Source of the DNA: Octopus vulgaris
Taxonomy: Eukaryota
Assembly: GCA_951406725.2 (NCBI GenBank)
Contig: OX597825.1
Location: forward strand, 28,582,001-28,646,000
DNA: 64,000 bases
Reading direction: 5' to 3'
This document shows, one piece after another, positions 26,141 through 37,977 of this stretch. The notes under the pieces are model-generated. The model was not told the origin of the DNA. It was given only the letters and a program-made list of their open reading frames with translations, and ran no database searches. Position 1 is the first letter of the stretch, and each line of letters opens with the position of its first letter. A program made the position numbers and the translations under genes.

Positions 26141-29100
26141 ATGACAATTACATGCCTCATTCTTATCTCTACTTGGATGTTTGTGACAGGACAATTGGAA
26201 TTATCATTTCTACAATTTCACGAACCTCCTGCAATTATACCCGATGATCCTTCAAAGTTATACTATTCAGTGCCACTCAATCAAATGATCAGCAAACCGA
26301 TCATTGTCGTTGCCTTTTATTCAAACGGGACACCTTTTTCTGAGGGAGAAGTCAATATGACGGCTACAATAGACAGCTATGCTGTTTCGCCATCTGGCGA
26401 GATTAATAACAAAGATACTTGGGCAGACAGTGGCGGCCAACTGTGTCAGAAATCAGCGTGGTGGTTGAATTATCCGGAGCGATATAACAGACATCTTGCG
26501 AAAACTCGTTGTCATACACCGCATTCTTCCATTCTAATGAAATCACGAATTTTTAATGGAAAACTCATATTTGATTGGATTTACCATAAACATACCATTG
26601 TACCTCCATCCATGCGAATGTTCAGGATCGAAATACCAGATTATAAAATATACGTCGACTCTTTCCCAATATTTGTAACCAAACCTGCACACCACTTATT
26701 TATAACGAAACAACCACCTGTAACAGTTTTGGCTAATCACGATTTTGATGTTGAGGTTGAAATAAGAGATGAAGAAGGAAATACTCTCATAAATGGTCTT
26801 GATTCGGTAGCAATTGTGGAAATGACAATTCCTTACAATTATAAACGTTTCTATGCTGACCAAGAGAGAGAAATGATGATTGATTACACTAAAATTCGAA
26901 TGGATGGAGAGAATGTAACAATTGATTTTAAAACACGAGATATAATAATGCGTCAACAAGCAAATTATGGTAAGGCAAAATTTACTGGAGTTCGGATTTT
27001 AGACGTAACAGAAAATTTGCAACTAAATATTACTTTAACCATGGCAAGAGACCCATGGAGCAGAATTCCTGCTTGCTCAGAATGTTTCCTTGACATCGAA
27101 CGTGCAAGACAGTTGTCCAGTGACAGAAAGTTTATTACTTTCCAACGATTAACAACTGAGGAAGAGGAAAAGATTCTACCTGTTGTCTTCACGAGGAATT
27201 TCACAGTAGCAGTTGTAGCGTTAGGTGCCATTGCTATGGACAACTTCTCAAACAGTATGTATTCTAAACTTAAAAATAATGGGGAAATTGTAGAAGTACC
27301 TATCACTTGTCCTTTACTTTACGGCATGAGTATTTTAGCACTGGATACTTCAGGTCGTCGGATCTATTCAGGCCCTAACTCCAAATTACGCCTATCTATT
27401 AATACAATCCCAGAAAATATATGTTTTTCAAAACATAGCACCGTGGGAATGTCAGATGGAAAAATCCAGTTATTGGTATCTATTTGTGAAGTAGTCAATT
27501 CCGTCAAATTAAGAATAACTGTAATTGAGGATAACACTATTTCTATCATAACTCCGGCTTTTCGTATAACAGGAAACATTACAATTGGACATTTTGGTGA
27601 CCTTCGATTTAGTGGCGATGGAAAAGAAATTGACTCACATATCAATTCTTTTATCCGATTCGCTATCAATGATGTTAACAATGGTATTATTGCTCCAGAG
27701 TTAAAAAAAAACGGTATAAACTTCCTATTGAAGTCGTACAATGTTCCAAATGAAAAACCTGCAACCTATAGAAAACTTGGGGGTTTAAAAAATATTTTAA
27801 GTAATATTAGTTTGGTTATAAGTTCTGTTCCAGGAAATGTTGCTAAACTTTTTAGCCCATTTTTAACGAAGTTTATGATACCACTTATTTCGACAATCGA
27901 CTTTTCCAGAGAATTCTCCGATAAAAATTCATACCTATTTTATAACAGTTTAACTTGGACCGAAGAGGAATTTTATAATTCCGTGTTTCAATCAGCCAAA
28001 GATAGATTTTGGACTGATATTGTAATCATTCGATATTCGACTATTGAACTAAGTAAGTCATTCTATACTGCGGCTATCAAATACAACATCAATATACGAA
28101 ATCACATCATTTTGAAAGAAATGAAAAATCTTAAACCCAAGTATTTGCAAGATGGTATGCTCAGTAATGATTTGGGGGAAGTGAAAAAAACTAACTTGAA
28201 AGTAATCTTTCTGTTTGCTCCATTCCATATACAGCCAATCGTCTTTCGAGAAGCCTATCTTATGAACCTTTCTTCTCTGCATGGATTCCAATGGGTTTTA
28301 ATGAAAAAATACGCGCGAGAGTTTCCATTTGAGAACCATTCGGTTTGTAACAAAAAGTTAGAATGCACATTAGCTTTTACTGGAACCTACCTCTTTGATT
28401 CGACCTACAATGTATCGGGTTACCAAACAGATAGTTGGAAACGAGTTCTTAATTATTATTTTAAAGAAGACCGTGTACTTTACAAAGGTGGAAGAGTTCG
28501 TTATAGATCCTTTGAAATAGGAGCGTTAATGGGATTGGGTTATGACGCCGTGCACCTTTACGCTAAAGCGTTAGCCATACTTCTCAATAAACGACAAACA
28601 CTTAGAGGTAACAAAGTTAATTGGCTCATGCGCAAGACAACTATACATGGACTAACAGATAAAGTATCTTTAAATGCATACGGTGATAGAATTGGTTATT
28701 TCGGTTATCTGGCCCAAGTTAACCCAATCCCACGTTGGCCATATTTGCCGAAATCTAAAGTTATAACTTACGTAAAATGTATTAAGAGATCGGAAGACGG
28801 TATTCAATTAGAAATACCTTACGAATCGGAAATACTTCCTCACAATAAAACTGCGGCACTGGTAGCATTTCCTGTCGGTAAGGCACATAACACTAGACGA
28901 TACATATCTTTATCGGGGATGGTTAGTCTCAATACACAAAAAATGATGCCAAAAGAGGGTGAAGATTGGCCACCAACCCTTTTTATGCGGACAGAAAGTA
29001 TAGTTCCACCATATTATTGCGTACATGCCTGTGGATACAAATTAAAAGACCCTAGTAATATTAATGTTTTCGATCGAGGAATATGTCGTCCTGGTAACAA

Positions 29101-31186
29101 ATGCGAATGCTTTGAAGGATTCGAAGGGAAGTATTGTCACACAATTTCATGTCAATGTAAAAATGGTGTGTGCCAGGTTGACGGTACGTGCGTGTGTAAT
29201 GCTGGCTATAAAGGTGTTACTTGTAAACAACCAATCTGCAAAAAATGTCATGCTGGTATATGCAAAAAACCACATGAATGTGTGTGCAGTACTATATTAT
29301 ACATTGGAAAGCATTGCGACGTTCATATTATGAGCATCATAATACCACTCTGTGTAGGATTGACTCTTCTGTGTTGTTTTTTTTATTTCATGTTGACAAT
29401 TTTGGATCGAAAGACGAAAAGAGTGAGTTTTCAGGAATGGCTGATTGACTGGGATACAGTAACTAAACCTGAGCGCATAGTTACGGCAGAGACGTACACA
29501 GGTATTATTAACAAACAAGTTGCGGTTTATCGATGGGACGATCAGGAATGGTATGTGAAAAAGATTAATAGTAAGACAATTCCTCCTGATGATAAAAAGA
29601 TTATTTCAGACATGGTCAAGTTAACTAAGACTAGACATTATAATCTGATCCAATACGGTGGATGCTGTTTGACTTATCCTAACGTCAGTTTGTTCATGGA
29701 AATTGCTGACAAGGGGAGTATAGCGGATGTACTTGCCAATGAAACATTTGAGATCGGATGGGCATTTGGATTTTCATTTTTAAAAGATATATGTTGCGGA
29801 ATGGAATATTTGCATGACAAATCTGAAATCAAAAGCCATGGACGTCTGAAATCTTCCAACTGCTTGGTTGATAAGCGCTGGACTGTACGTCTGTCAGGAT
29901 TTGGTGCACCGTTTCTTCGTTATGGAAGCTACAGAATCCCAGAGTCTGAAGAAATGTATGATTTAAAAGATATTTTTTGGACCGCACCCGAACTACTGAG
30001 GGAAAGCACAAATCTCGACGGGGTAAAGTGGGGCACACCGGAAGGAGATGTCTATTCATTTGCTATCATTGCGTGTGAAATTGTGACGAAGGCAAAACCA
30101 TACCATTATGAACTGAAACATTTAAGTGAAAAAAGCATTTTAGAACTCATTAAAGATTCAAAGTCACCGGACAATAAAGAAATACGACGTGTATGGGAGA
30201 GTATTGGTGGAGGTAAAATGATTTTTACGAGACCAATTTTAAGTGATGATTTATTACCAAACAGTAAGCTATCTAAGAAGCTGTTTAAAAAAATGCTTGA
30301 AGAGTCTTGGAATGAGAAGGCATCGTCACGACCGACTTTTAATAATATTAGCATAATTCTAAATCAAATGTACCCCATAAAAGGAGAACTTATAGATAAA
30401 TTAATCCACCTCTTGGAAACTTACTCCAATAATTTAGAAATAATCGTGATAGAAAGAACCAGAGAACTAGAAGAAAAAAAAGCTAAAGCTGAGCAGCTAT
30501 TGGGCCAGATGTTGCCCCCGAAAGTAGCTTGTGAACTGAAACAAGTTGGTGAAGTGATACCGGAATTATTCGAAAATGCCACGGTATTCTTCAGTGATAT
30601 CGTGAATTTTGGCCGAATATGTAAAGAAAGTAAACCAATGGAAATCGTTGATTTTTTAAATGAAGTTTATAAAATATTTGACTCAGTTTTGGACGGCTAT
30701 GATGTTTACAAAGTGGAAACCATCAGCGATTCCTACATGGTAGTTAGTGGTATTCCAGAAAAGAATGGTGATCGCCATGCAGGAGAAATTGCAACAATGG
30801 CTTTAGATCTGATGTCACATGTTACTCTACTCCATGCTGATCCCATGGAAACTGACGTGCTGCAGTTACGAGTGGGAATGCATTCCGGCCCGGTAGTAAG
30901 TGGCGTGGTGGGGAAACTAATGCCTAGATATTGTCTATTCGGAGACACCGTCAACACAGCTTCCAGAATGCAGTCTAGTTCTTATGCCTTACACATTCAA
31001 GTGAGCGAGACTACTGCAACACTTCTTGATACCTTAGGCGGTTATATCTTAGAAAGTAGAGGACAGAGACAAGTAAAAGGTCGCGGATTAATGACAACGT
31101 ACTGGCTGTGGGGTAAGGACACATTTATGAAAGAATTACCTGATATATCCCTAGCAGTCTCTCTCTCACAACACAAATTCAAATAA
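26141..31186 (+). CDS. Intronless membrane receptor guanylyl cyclase (natriuretic-peptide-receptor-like), 1681 aa, intact (paralog 2)
   Basis: Single uninterrupted ORF. Signal peptide MTITCLILISTWMFVTG; ANF-receptor-like region (ITIGHFG..IRFAINDVN..IPLIST..GYDAVHLYAKAL..GDRIG); 3 EGF-like Cys repeats; TM (IIIPLCVGLTLLCCFFYFML); pseudokinase (HGRLKSSNCLVD, WTAPELL, GDVYSFAII); cyclase motifs FFSDIVNF, VETISDSYMVVSG, RYCLFGDTVNTASRM. Confidence 0.95.
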   Translation: MTITCLILISTWMFVTGQLELSFLQFHEPPAIIPDDPSKLYYSVPLNQMISKPIIVVAFYSNGTPFSEGEVNMTATIDSYAVSPSGEINNKDTWADSGGQLCQKSAWWLNYPERYNRHLAKTRCHTPHSSILMKSRIFNGKLIFDWIYHKHTIVPPSMRMFRIEIPDYKIYVDSFPIFVTKPAHHLFITKQPPVTVLANHDFDVEVEIRDEEGNTLINGLDSVAIVEMTIPYNYKRFYADQEREMMIDYTKIRMDGENVTIDFKTRDIIMRQQANYGKAKFTGVRILDVTENLQLNITLTMARDPWSRIPACSECFLDIERARQLSSDRKFITFQRLTTEEEEKILPVVFTRNFTVAVVALGAIAMDNFSNSMYSKLKNNGEIVEVPITCPLLYGMSILALDTSGRRIYSGPNSKLRLSINTIPENICFSKHSTVGMSDGKIQLLVSICEVVNSVKLRITVIEDNTISIITPAFRITGNITIGHFGDLRFSGDGKEIDSHINSFIRFAINDVNNGIIAPELKKNGINFLLKSYNVPNEKPATYRKLGGLKNILSNISLVISSVPGNVAKLFSPFLTKFMIPLISTIDFSREFSDKNSYLFYNSLTWTEEEFYNSVFQSAKDRFWTDIVIIRYSTIELSKSFYTAAIKYNINIRNHIILKEMKNLKPKYLQDGMLSNDLGEVKKTNLKVIFLFAPFHIQPIVFREAYLMNLSSLHGFQWVLMKKYAREFPFENHSVCNKKLECTLAFTGTYLFDSTYNVSGYQTDSWKRVLNYYFKEDRVLYKGGRVRYRSFEIGALMGLGYDAVHLYAKALAILLNKRQTLRGNKVNWLMRKTTIHGLTDKVSLNAYGDRIGYFGYLAQVNPIPRWPYLPKSKVITYVKCIKRSEDGIQLEIPYESEILPHNKTAALVAFPVGKAHNTRRYISLSGMVSLNTQKMMPKEGEDWPPTLFMRTESIVPPYYCVHACGYKLKDPSNINVFDRGICRPGNKCECFEGFEGKYCHTISCQCKNGVCQVDGTCVCNAGYKGVTCKQPICKKCHAGICKKPHECVCSTILYIGKHCDVHIMSIIIPLCVGLTLLCCFFYFMLTILDRKTKRVSFQEWLIDWDTVTKPERIVTAETYTGIINKQVAVYRWDDQEWYVKKINSKTIPPDDKKIISDMVKLTKTRHYNLIQYGGCCLTYPNVSLFMEIADKGSIADVLANETFEIGWAFGFSFLKDICCGMEYLHDKSEIKSHGRLKSSNCLVDKRWTVRLSGFGAPFLRYGSYRIPESEEMYDLKDIFWTAPELLRESTNLDGVKWGTPEGDVYSFAIIACEIVTKAKPYHYELKHLSEKSILELIKDSKSPDNKEIRRVWESIGGGKMIFTRPILSDDLLPNSKLSKKLFKKMLEESWNEKASSRPTFNNISIILNQMYPIKGELIDKLIHLLETYSNNLEIIVIERTRELEEKKAKAEQLLGQMLPPKVACELKQVGEVIPELFENATVFFSDIVNFGRICKESKPMEIVDFLNEVYKIFDSVLDGYDVYKVETISDSYMVVSGIPEKNGDRHAGEIATMALDLMSHVTLLHADPMETDVLQLRVGMHSGPVVSGVVGKLMPRYCLFGDTVNTASRMQSSSYALHIQVSETTATLLDTLGGYILESRGQRQVKGRGLMTTYWLWGKDTFMKELPDISLAVSLSQHKFK

Positions 31187-32102
31187 AGCGTCCAGAGCAT
31201 AACTGTACCTACAAAACACCATACACATTGTAGTATGTTTATATATGAATATATATATGTATTTATGTATGTATAAACGAATGGATACATCTATCTATCC
31301 ATCTATATCTACTTATCTATTTATCACTCTTGCCCTGTGCCTGTCTGTCTACGTATTTCTCCTCTTTCTTCACACACATACACACACACGCATACATATA
31401 CGTAATAAATATATATTCAATTATGTACATACAAAACAAACATGCACACATAAATAAACATGTTTCTTTTATTGAGCCACAAGATATGTAATTAGGTGGT
31501 ATTGTTTTATTTCAAGTACTTGATGATCGAGTAAATGCGTTTGAAATACTGTGTGAAAGCCCAATATTGGACAATCTCTAAGAGCCAATTTTTATTTTTT
31601 TACAGTTCCTTAGCAAAGAACAATATTTTGCTAATTTAACTATTGATGATATTTTCATTAATACATCTTCTTAGATGAACTTACGATAAAGGTGACGTTA
31701 GAAATTGATTATTTTTTCCCCAAATTAGTAGCTGCAACATAGGATAAGACCAGTACCGATAAGCGAGTAACGGTTTCTACTGATCATAGAGGTTAAACTT
31801 TTGCTCTTTACAACCGTTAAGGTATCAGAAAAGAGCAATACAAAACTCATTCTAGCATTTTTATATATTCCATTATTTTCATATATTCATAAATTAGGAT
31901 TGACCCTGTTTTGAGCCGAGATCTTTAAATATGCTTCAAATACGCGTTCGAGGTTTGTCAAGTTAACATCTGAAGTCCGGAAAATTCTTAATTATCAACA
32001 CGAAATTCTAGATCATGTCGATTGATTGAATTTCCAACGAAACGGCTGTTAATACACACACACACATATATACACACACATGTGTGTGTGTGCGTGTGTA
32101 TG

Positions 32103-32134
<32 letters not shown>

Positions 32135-32180
32135 CATGCATGTATGTATAGAGTGTTTGAAGTGGTATACAGACATAGTA

Positions 32181-32360
32181 TATTGAGAAAAAGGCGGCAG
32201 TCGGAATTTTGGACAATTCTTTATTAGTGCTTTCGTTCGTTTAACCAGACTGTTCAAAACAAAAATTAAAATATTTTTGGTGTCAGTTTTTGTCTTGAAG
32301 AGTTTGCTGGAGAAACGAAAGCACTAATAAAGAATTCTGACTGCTTCCTTTTTCTCAATA
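32181..32360. mobile_element. ~180-bp fold-back MITE with TA termini
   Basis: tattgagaaaaaggcggcagtc..aattctttattagtgctttcgtt pairs with aacgaaagcactaataaagaattctgactgcttcctttttctcaata. Confidence 0.75.
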
Positions 32361-32736
32361 CACACACAAATACATGTGTGTATATATATGTTAATAACAA
32401 CTAGAAGGAGGTGCTTTCTCCTTTCATTAAGGTGGATGAAGCTCTGGCCAGGAGTAATTGATGTCCTCAGACGGTGTCCAACGCTCATTGGGTGTTTCGA
32501 CCCTGAAGCATTACACCCTCCCGTTGGTGGCCAAATGACTGCTCTTCATCTGTTCCAGGCTTCCACTTTCAGTCTTCTGTCTTGCTCCAAAGTCAACAAA
32601 TGGCTCTTTCAGTTAACTCTCCGATCCTGCGCACAGCCACCCTTCGCTCCTTTCCTCTCATTCCAATGGCTGTTAAGCAGCCTCCATGCTAACTGAACAG
32701 CCCCCTCCCCACTACAACCAACTCCGACTGCATTCC

Positions 32737-32772
<36 letters not shown>

Positions 32773-32945
32773 TGTAATCTATCTATCTATCTCCTTCTCT
32801 CTATCTATATATGTATATATATATTTGAATGATCAGTTGAATAAAGTTAAAACTTGGATATACTATTTTAACTTTACTCAACTGATATATTATTCTATAC
32901 ACATTTACACAAATTCGGAATATATAAATGAATGTATGTATATAT

Positions 32946-33010
<65 letters not shown>

Positions 33011-33176
33011 GCACGCATATACATAAGGATCTATAGATATTACATATACACATAGACAACACGTACGACCTCACCGGCATATTAAAAATGACTATTTCTT
33101 AATATCTGTATTCAGTATGTTAATTTCTTTATTTTGTCCGATGCACTAATAATTTTGCCTGTTCGCCGGCTGAAAG

Positions 33177-33244
<68 letters not shown>

Positions 33245-34371
33245 CCTTTCTACTGGATGCACAAGGCATCCAATTTGTGGGATGAGGACTAGTCGATTAC
33301 ATCGACTCCATTGTCCCACTGGTACTTAATTTATCGACCACGAAAGGATGAATGGTAAAGTCGACCTCAGCGGAATTTGAACTCAGAACGTAGCGACGGA
33401 CGAAATACTGATAAGCATTTCGTCCAGCCTACTAACAATCCTGCCATCTGCCTGCCTTAACAACATCAAAAACAACAACAACAACTATAAGAAAAAGAAC
33501 AAGAAAATTGCAGTGTTTGTTTCCATTGTGTTCAGAGTTCACCTCCCAACGAATTAGTGGACTTTGTTCTCATCCTACGGAATTAATCAATTAAACGGGT
33601 TAACCATTGCCTTCAGTATCTTACACTAAGCCATCCCCTAGTAAATCTCCAACCCTGTGCTTTAGTAACAAGTAATACTGATTGCATTCATATGTGCGAG
33701 CATAACATCTCATATGTACGTGTGTGTGCGTGCATGTGTATAAAAATACACAAATTAATACGCACGTACTCACACGCACACACACAAACAAAGTTTTACA
33801 CACACGAATTCATAAATTTGTGTGCTTGTGTCAATGAGCTTGAATATCTATATATCGTATTCACACTTTGTCATATTTAAATATTTGACAAATGTACTGG
33901 CATAGCTGAAACTTTAGAATGTTGTAATGATAGAAAAAAAAATGATTTGTATATTATAATTTTATTGACTTGTTTCATTTTTTCTTGTTTCCTGTTCTGA
34001 TTTCATTCAAATGTAAAATATTTCTAATATTACTTGAATATTACAAATTGGTCTTCAATAGAGATAACAATAAAGCTTTGAAGTCTATTTTACCGCTCTT
34101 TGGGGTTATATTTTATTTATTCGTATATCTCGTGTTTCATATTTGAAAATTACCTTGTAAAACTAAATTTTAAATTTACCTTAACATGCATTTTTTCTGT
34201 GTTGTCGTTGCTTGTGTGTATTCGATTATATATTTTAATACTTTTACAGCACAAAATCGCAATGTTTCAATAATAAAACATGTGTACATTTGATTTTTTA
34301 TTAATTTATTTAGTGTTTAAATTTCACGTGTAAGTAGGTTCCTGAATATATTTGCATTTGTGTGTTTGTAT

Positions 34372-34678
34372 ATATTTCTTTACTGCCCACAAGGGGCTAA
34401 ACATAGAGAGGACAAACAAGGACATACATAGGTATTAAGTCGATTACATCGACCCCAGTGCGTAACTGGTACTTAATTTATCGACCCCGAAAGGATGAGG
34501 CAAAGTCGACCTCGGCGGAATTTGAACTCACACCGTAACGGCAGACTAAATACCTACAAGGGGCTAAACATAGAGGGGACAAATACCTACAAGGGGCTAA
34601 ACATAGAGGGGACAAACAAGGACAGACATAGGTATTAAGTCGATTCCATCGAACCCAGTGCGTAACTGGTACTCAATT
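34372..34678 (-). mobile_element. Multimeric SINE of the same family with a small internal tandem duplication
   Basis: Repeated aaatacctacaaggggctaaacatagaggggac. Monomers or fragments also at 1-90, 25352-25486, 33245-33460, 43265-43470 and 53130-53345. Confidence 0.82.
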
Positions 34679-34679
34679 T

Positions 34680-35173
34680 TTAATCAACCAAATATGAACC
34701 ATTTTGTTGCACAATGCGTCTCCATCTTTCCTTACACTTGAAAATGCCCTCTTCCCAGAATTGAGGGGGTTTCATGGCAAAGAATTCGTCAAGTTATCTT
34801 TTTACGTCATCCAAGTAATTGAAATTTTTACCATTAAGACTACTGTGCAGAGACCTGAATAAGTGGAAATCCGAAGGAGCAATATCTGGTGAATGGAGGA
34901 TGGGGTAACACATCTCAGCCGAGCTGCAGCAATTTTTGTCTGGTTCCCAAAGCATCAAGTGCCGAAAAGGAACTTTCTTATCTTCCATTTTAATGGGTTA
35001 CATAATTAACACAGGTTATAAGAACATAAACCTTCTTCCATGAAAAGATATAGCTTAAAGTGTGCTCTAAATGGAGGTGTAGTCAAATCCTATTTTATGG
35101 ACTCAACCATGTTCTAATATAAGTCGAAAGTTAAGCTACTATAAATCGGCACGAACTTTCCTGACAACCCAAT
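34680..35173 (-). mobile_element. Internally deleted mariner element
   Basis: N-terminal MEDKKVPFRHLML joined to HSPDIAPSDFHLFRSL..LNGKNF; TIR-like ttgggttgtcaggaaagttcgtgccgattt at the right end. Confidence 0.8.
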
Positions 35174-35289
35174 AGATTATCTACTAGACAAAATATTAGA
35201 ATGGAAATGAAAATAGAAAAAGGTATTCAATAACGAAAACCGTAGCAATAATTCAATATAACAAGGAGTTGATATATAGTATCAGGGAT

Positions 35290-35690
35290 GAAGATACTTT
35301 TCTCCGATGAAGAAAATTATGGTTTGGTACAGTAAAGTTGGTTTTGAGTTACTCCTAGAAAGATCTCTTGCCAAAGCTCTTGACAATTACAACGATCTCA
35401 GCAGCAAGAAAAAACAATAAGGAAAATTAAAGAGCTTGTCATGGCATTGTTTGATTTAGAATGGAATCAACAACGAAAAGCTTTCATTTCAAAGCACATA
35501 TTTGAAGAAACAACTGAAAGGTTTTCTAGTTGAATACAAAGGAGAAGGCGTTGCTCAGGATGCTATGCTACACGTTCCAAATCATCAAAAGAAGCTAAAA
35601 AGAAAAGCGAACTGTTCAGCATACTGTTCAGAATGCATAACGAAGTCGTATTTATGTATAAACTGCTATATTTTGCATTGTAAGAAGTAA
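35290..35690 (+). mobile_element. Possible degenerate piggyBac-like transposase C-terminus
   Basis: ALDNYN, then terminal Cys cluster CSAYCSECITKSYLCINCYILH resembling the piggyBac Cys-rich domain. Confidence 0.35.
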
Positions 35691-37789
35691 AAAGCCATAA
35701 CGGCTAATGTGGTTTATTATATTGCCTATACAAATATAGTTCTTCCAGTGTTTGAAAATGAACTTCTTGTAATTTTATAGGTTTTCCTAATATTTATTGA
35801 CAAGCTCTTGATTTTGTAAAAGGTTTTACAATTTTTGCCGAAAAATTCTTTGGGTTTATAATTGGAGCTGCACAATTGTTAATGGATAGCTTTCCGAAAA
35901 TTTTATTGAAATTATACTACAATCCAGTAATACATTACAATTGTATCACAACAACGCACAAATAACAGTATTGTTTTACTTATCAAAGATGTATTTTCTT
36001 TACAAAATTCTCTCTCAGCTTCTATTCATCCAAGCTGAAAACCATTCGAGAAATACCAGGAAACAAGTGTTCTGTTAATTTCTTAAAATTCAGATAATGT
36101 AGTTTGAATCATAATAATATGAGACTCCATTAAAAAGCAACGCCACTGAGAGTCAACAGTGATTGTCATCTTATAATAAGAATATAGCGTGGAGAGTCAC
36201 CGGGGATTCTCATGACTACTCCCTTCTCCTCTCACTCCCACTTTGTCTGTATTCTCTCATACCTACTACGTCAACTCTGCCACCAAATTCCGTTCGAATT
36301 ACTACAAGCAGTTCTTTATTTTCCTAAAACGTCTTCCTTCGAAGACTTTATTCTTTGCTCACATCATTCCCACTAATGTGTTTGTCTTGAACTTCAATAG
36401 TTCAAGACAAGCATAACTGGCATCGATATGAACGATCTGGGACGGCCTACAAATCGAAGGAAGCTGACCCGTTCTCCATATCCAGCAAGTAACATAAACA
36501 AAGATATTTATCGATTTTGTAATGCGAGTGGGAAGGGCAATCTCGGCGGAATTTAGACTCAGAGCATGAAGAGCTGTAACCAACAACCACAAGTTATTGT
36601 TGTCCAGAGTTCTAACGATGTTGTCATTCCACTACACTTAATGAAATGAAACAATGTTTATCCTTCATTTCATTATACTGCATTCCTTTTCTCTCTACTG
36701 TAACCAAATTACACTTCACCACCAGACGAAACTATAGCACACTCCATATAACATCAGTGTATACAATCCACGTACACTCAAAATCATACTAAATTTAACC
36801 GTAAATTATCGTAATTGCCATTTGTTTCTTCTTGGTGTGCCCAGTGGCTCAGCAACAAAATTTGCCAAGGAGGTGCAAACCCAGGTCCTAATTTTTTTAA
36901 TGAAAAATGTGGATTTTTCCAATGTTAACATTAAAACAAATGCAGGTATAATAATAATTTTTATTATTATGAGGGTCAGCTGAAATGTTCATAATCTGAG
37001 CAAGACACTCTCAATGGAATGTGACCAAATGAAGTTCATTTTCTAACATAGTTCCTCTTACTGTCCACACACTTCCATAAGTAGTTGCAGTGCTTGGATC
37101 GCACTGGTGAAGAAGCTTTTTGTTGATCAAAATGGTCATCAACAACAGATACGATGTTCTCATCATAGTGATACTGGTGCTCAGCTGAGTGTTTTTCTAT
37201 GTTTGGAAATAGATAATAACCAGAAGGAACCAAATCACTAAAATAGGGAGGATGATCAACCAGTTCAAAGCCAGTCATACACAGCAGCCATTGAAACCAA
37301 GGATTTGTGTGCTGAAGCGTTGTCCTAATGAAACAAGACCCCATTCATCAGTTTTTCTGGGTGTTTGGTCTTGATAGCCTTTCATAACTACCTAAGAAAG
37401 TTGTCATTGAAATTTTCCATTGATGGTGTGATCATTTTGAAGATAGCCAATAAGCACAATATTTTTTGCATTAATGCATAGTATATGTAATAATGTGAAG
37501 TATATTTTGCATATTAAAATGTTTAATTTTGGAAATGTATCAAGCAGAGCTAACATAAGCAGTAAAAATACAAATTGGAAGTATTACAAAATGTGGGACA
37601 CTACATGACAAAAACTAACAAACAAAAAAAGAAGAAAATAGTGGTGCTTGTGTTCCAAAGGTACAATGAGAAGGCTCGGGAGAAGGATAGAGAGATGGGG
37701 TAGAGGGAAGGAAGTTAGAAGGAAAGAAAAGAATGAAAAGTGAAAAGATAAACTGGGGATCTGAAATGAGTACTAGGGTAGGAGATTGG

Positions 37790-37977
37790 CCCCTGTGCCG
37801 GTGGCACGTAAAAAAAGCACCCACTACACTCTCAGAGTGGTTGGCGTTAGGAAGGGCATCAAGCTGTAGAAACACTGCCAGATCAGACTGGAGCCTAGTG
37901 CAGCCTCCTGGCTTCCCAGACCCCAGTCGAATCATTCAACCTATGCCAGCATGGAAAATGGACATTAAACGATGATG
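37790..37977 (+). mobile_element. RTE LINE 3' tail fragment
   Basis: cacccactacactctcag..ggcgttaggaagggcat..gatgatg; homologous to 63240-63435. Confidence 0.75.

Larger units (their letters stand above)
14854..31240 (+). repeat. Tandem segmental duplication, unit 2
   Basis: Same order as unit 1 (SINE end, (GT)n, Tx1 minus, Penelope plus, conserved upstream block, cyclase gene). The middle segment ~18673-25795 is not homologous to ~4176-5690. Confidence 0.93.

Noticed and set aside
14854-31240. Duplication as a pure haplotig or assembly artefact
   Set aside because: Blocks of ~45% aa identity and different TE content in the middle are too divergent for ordinary alleles. Read depth would settle it.
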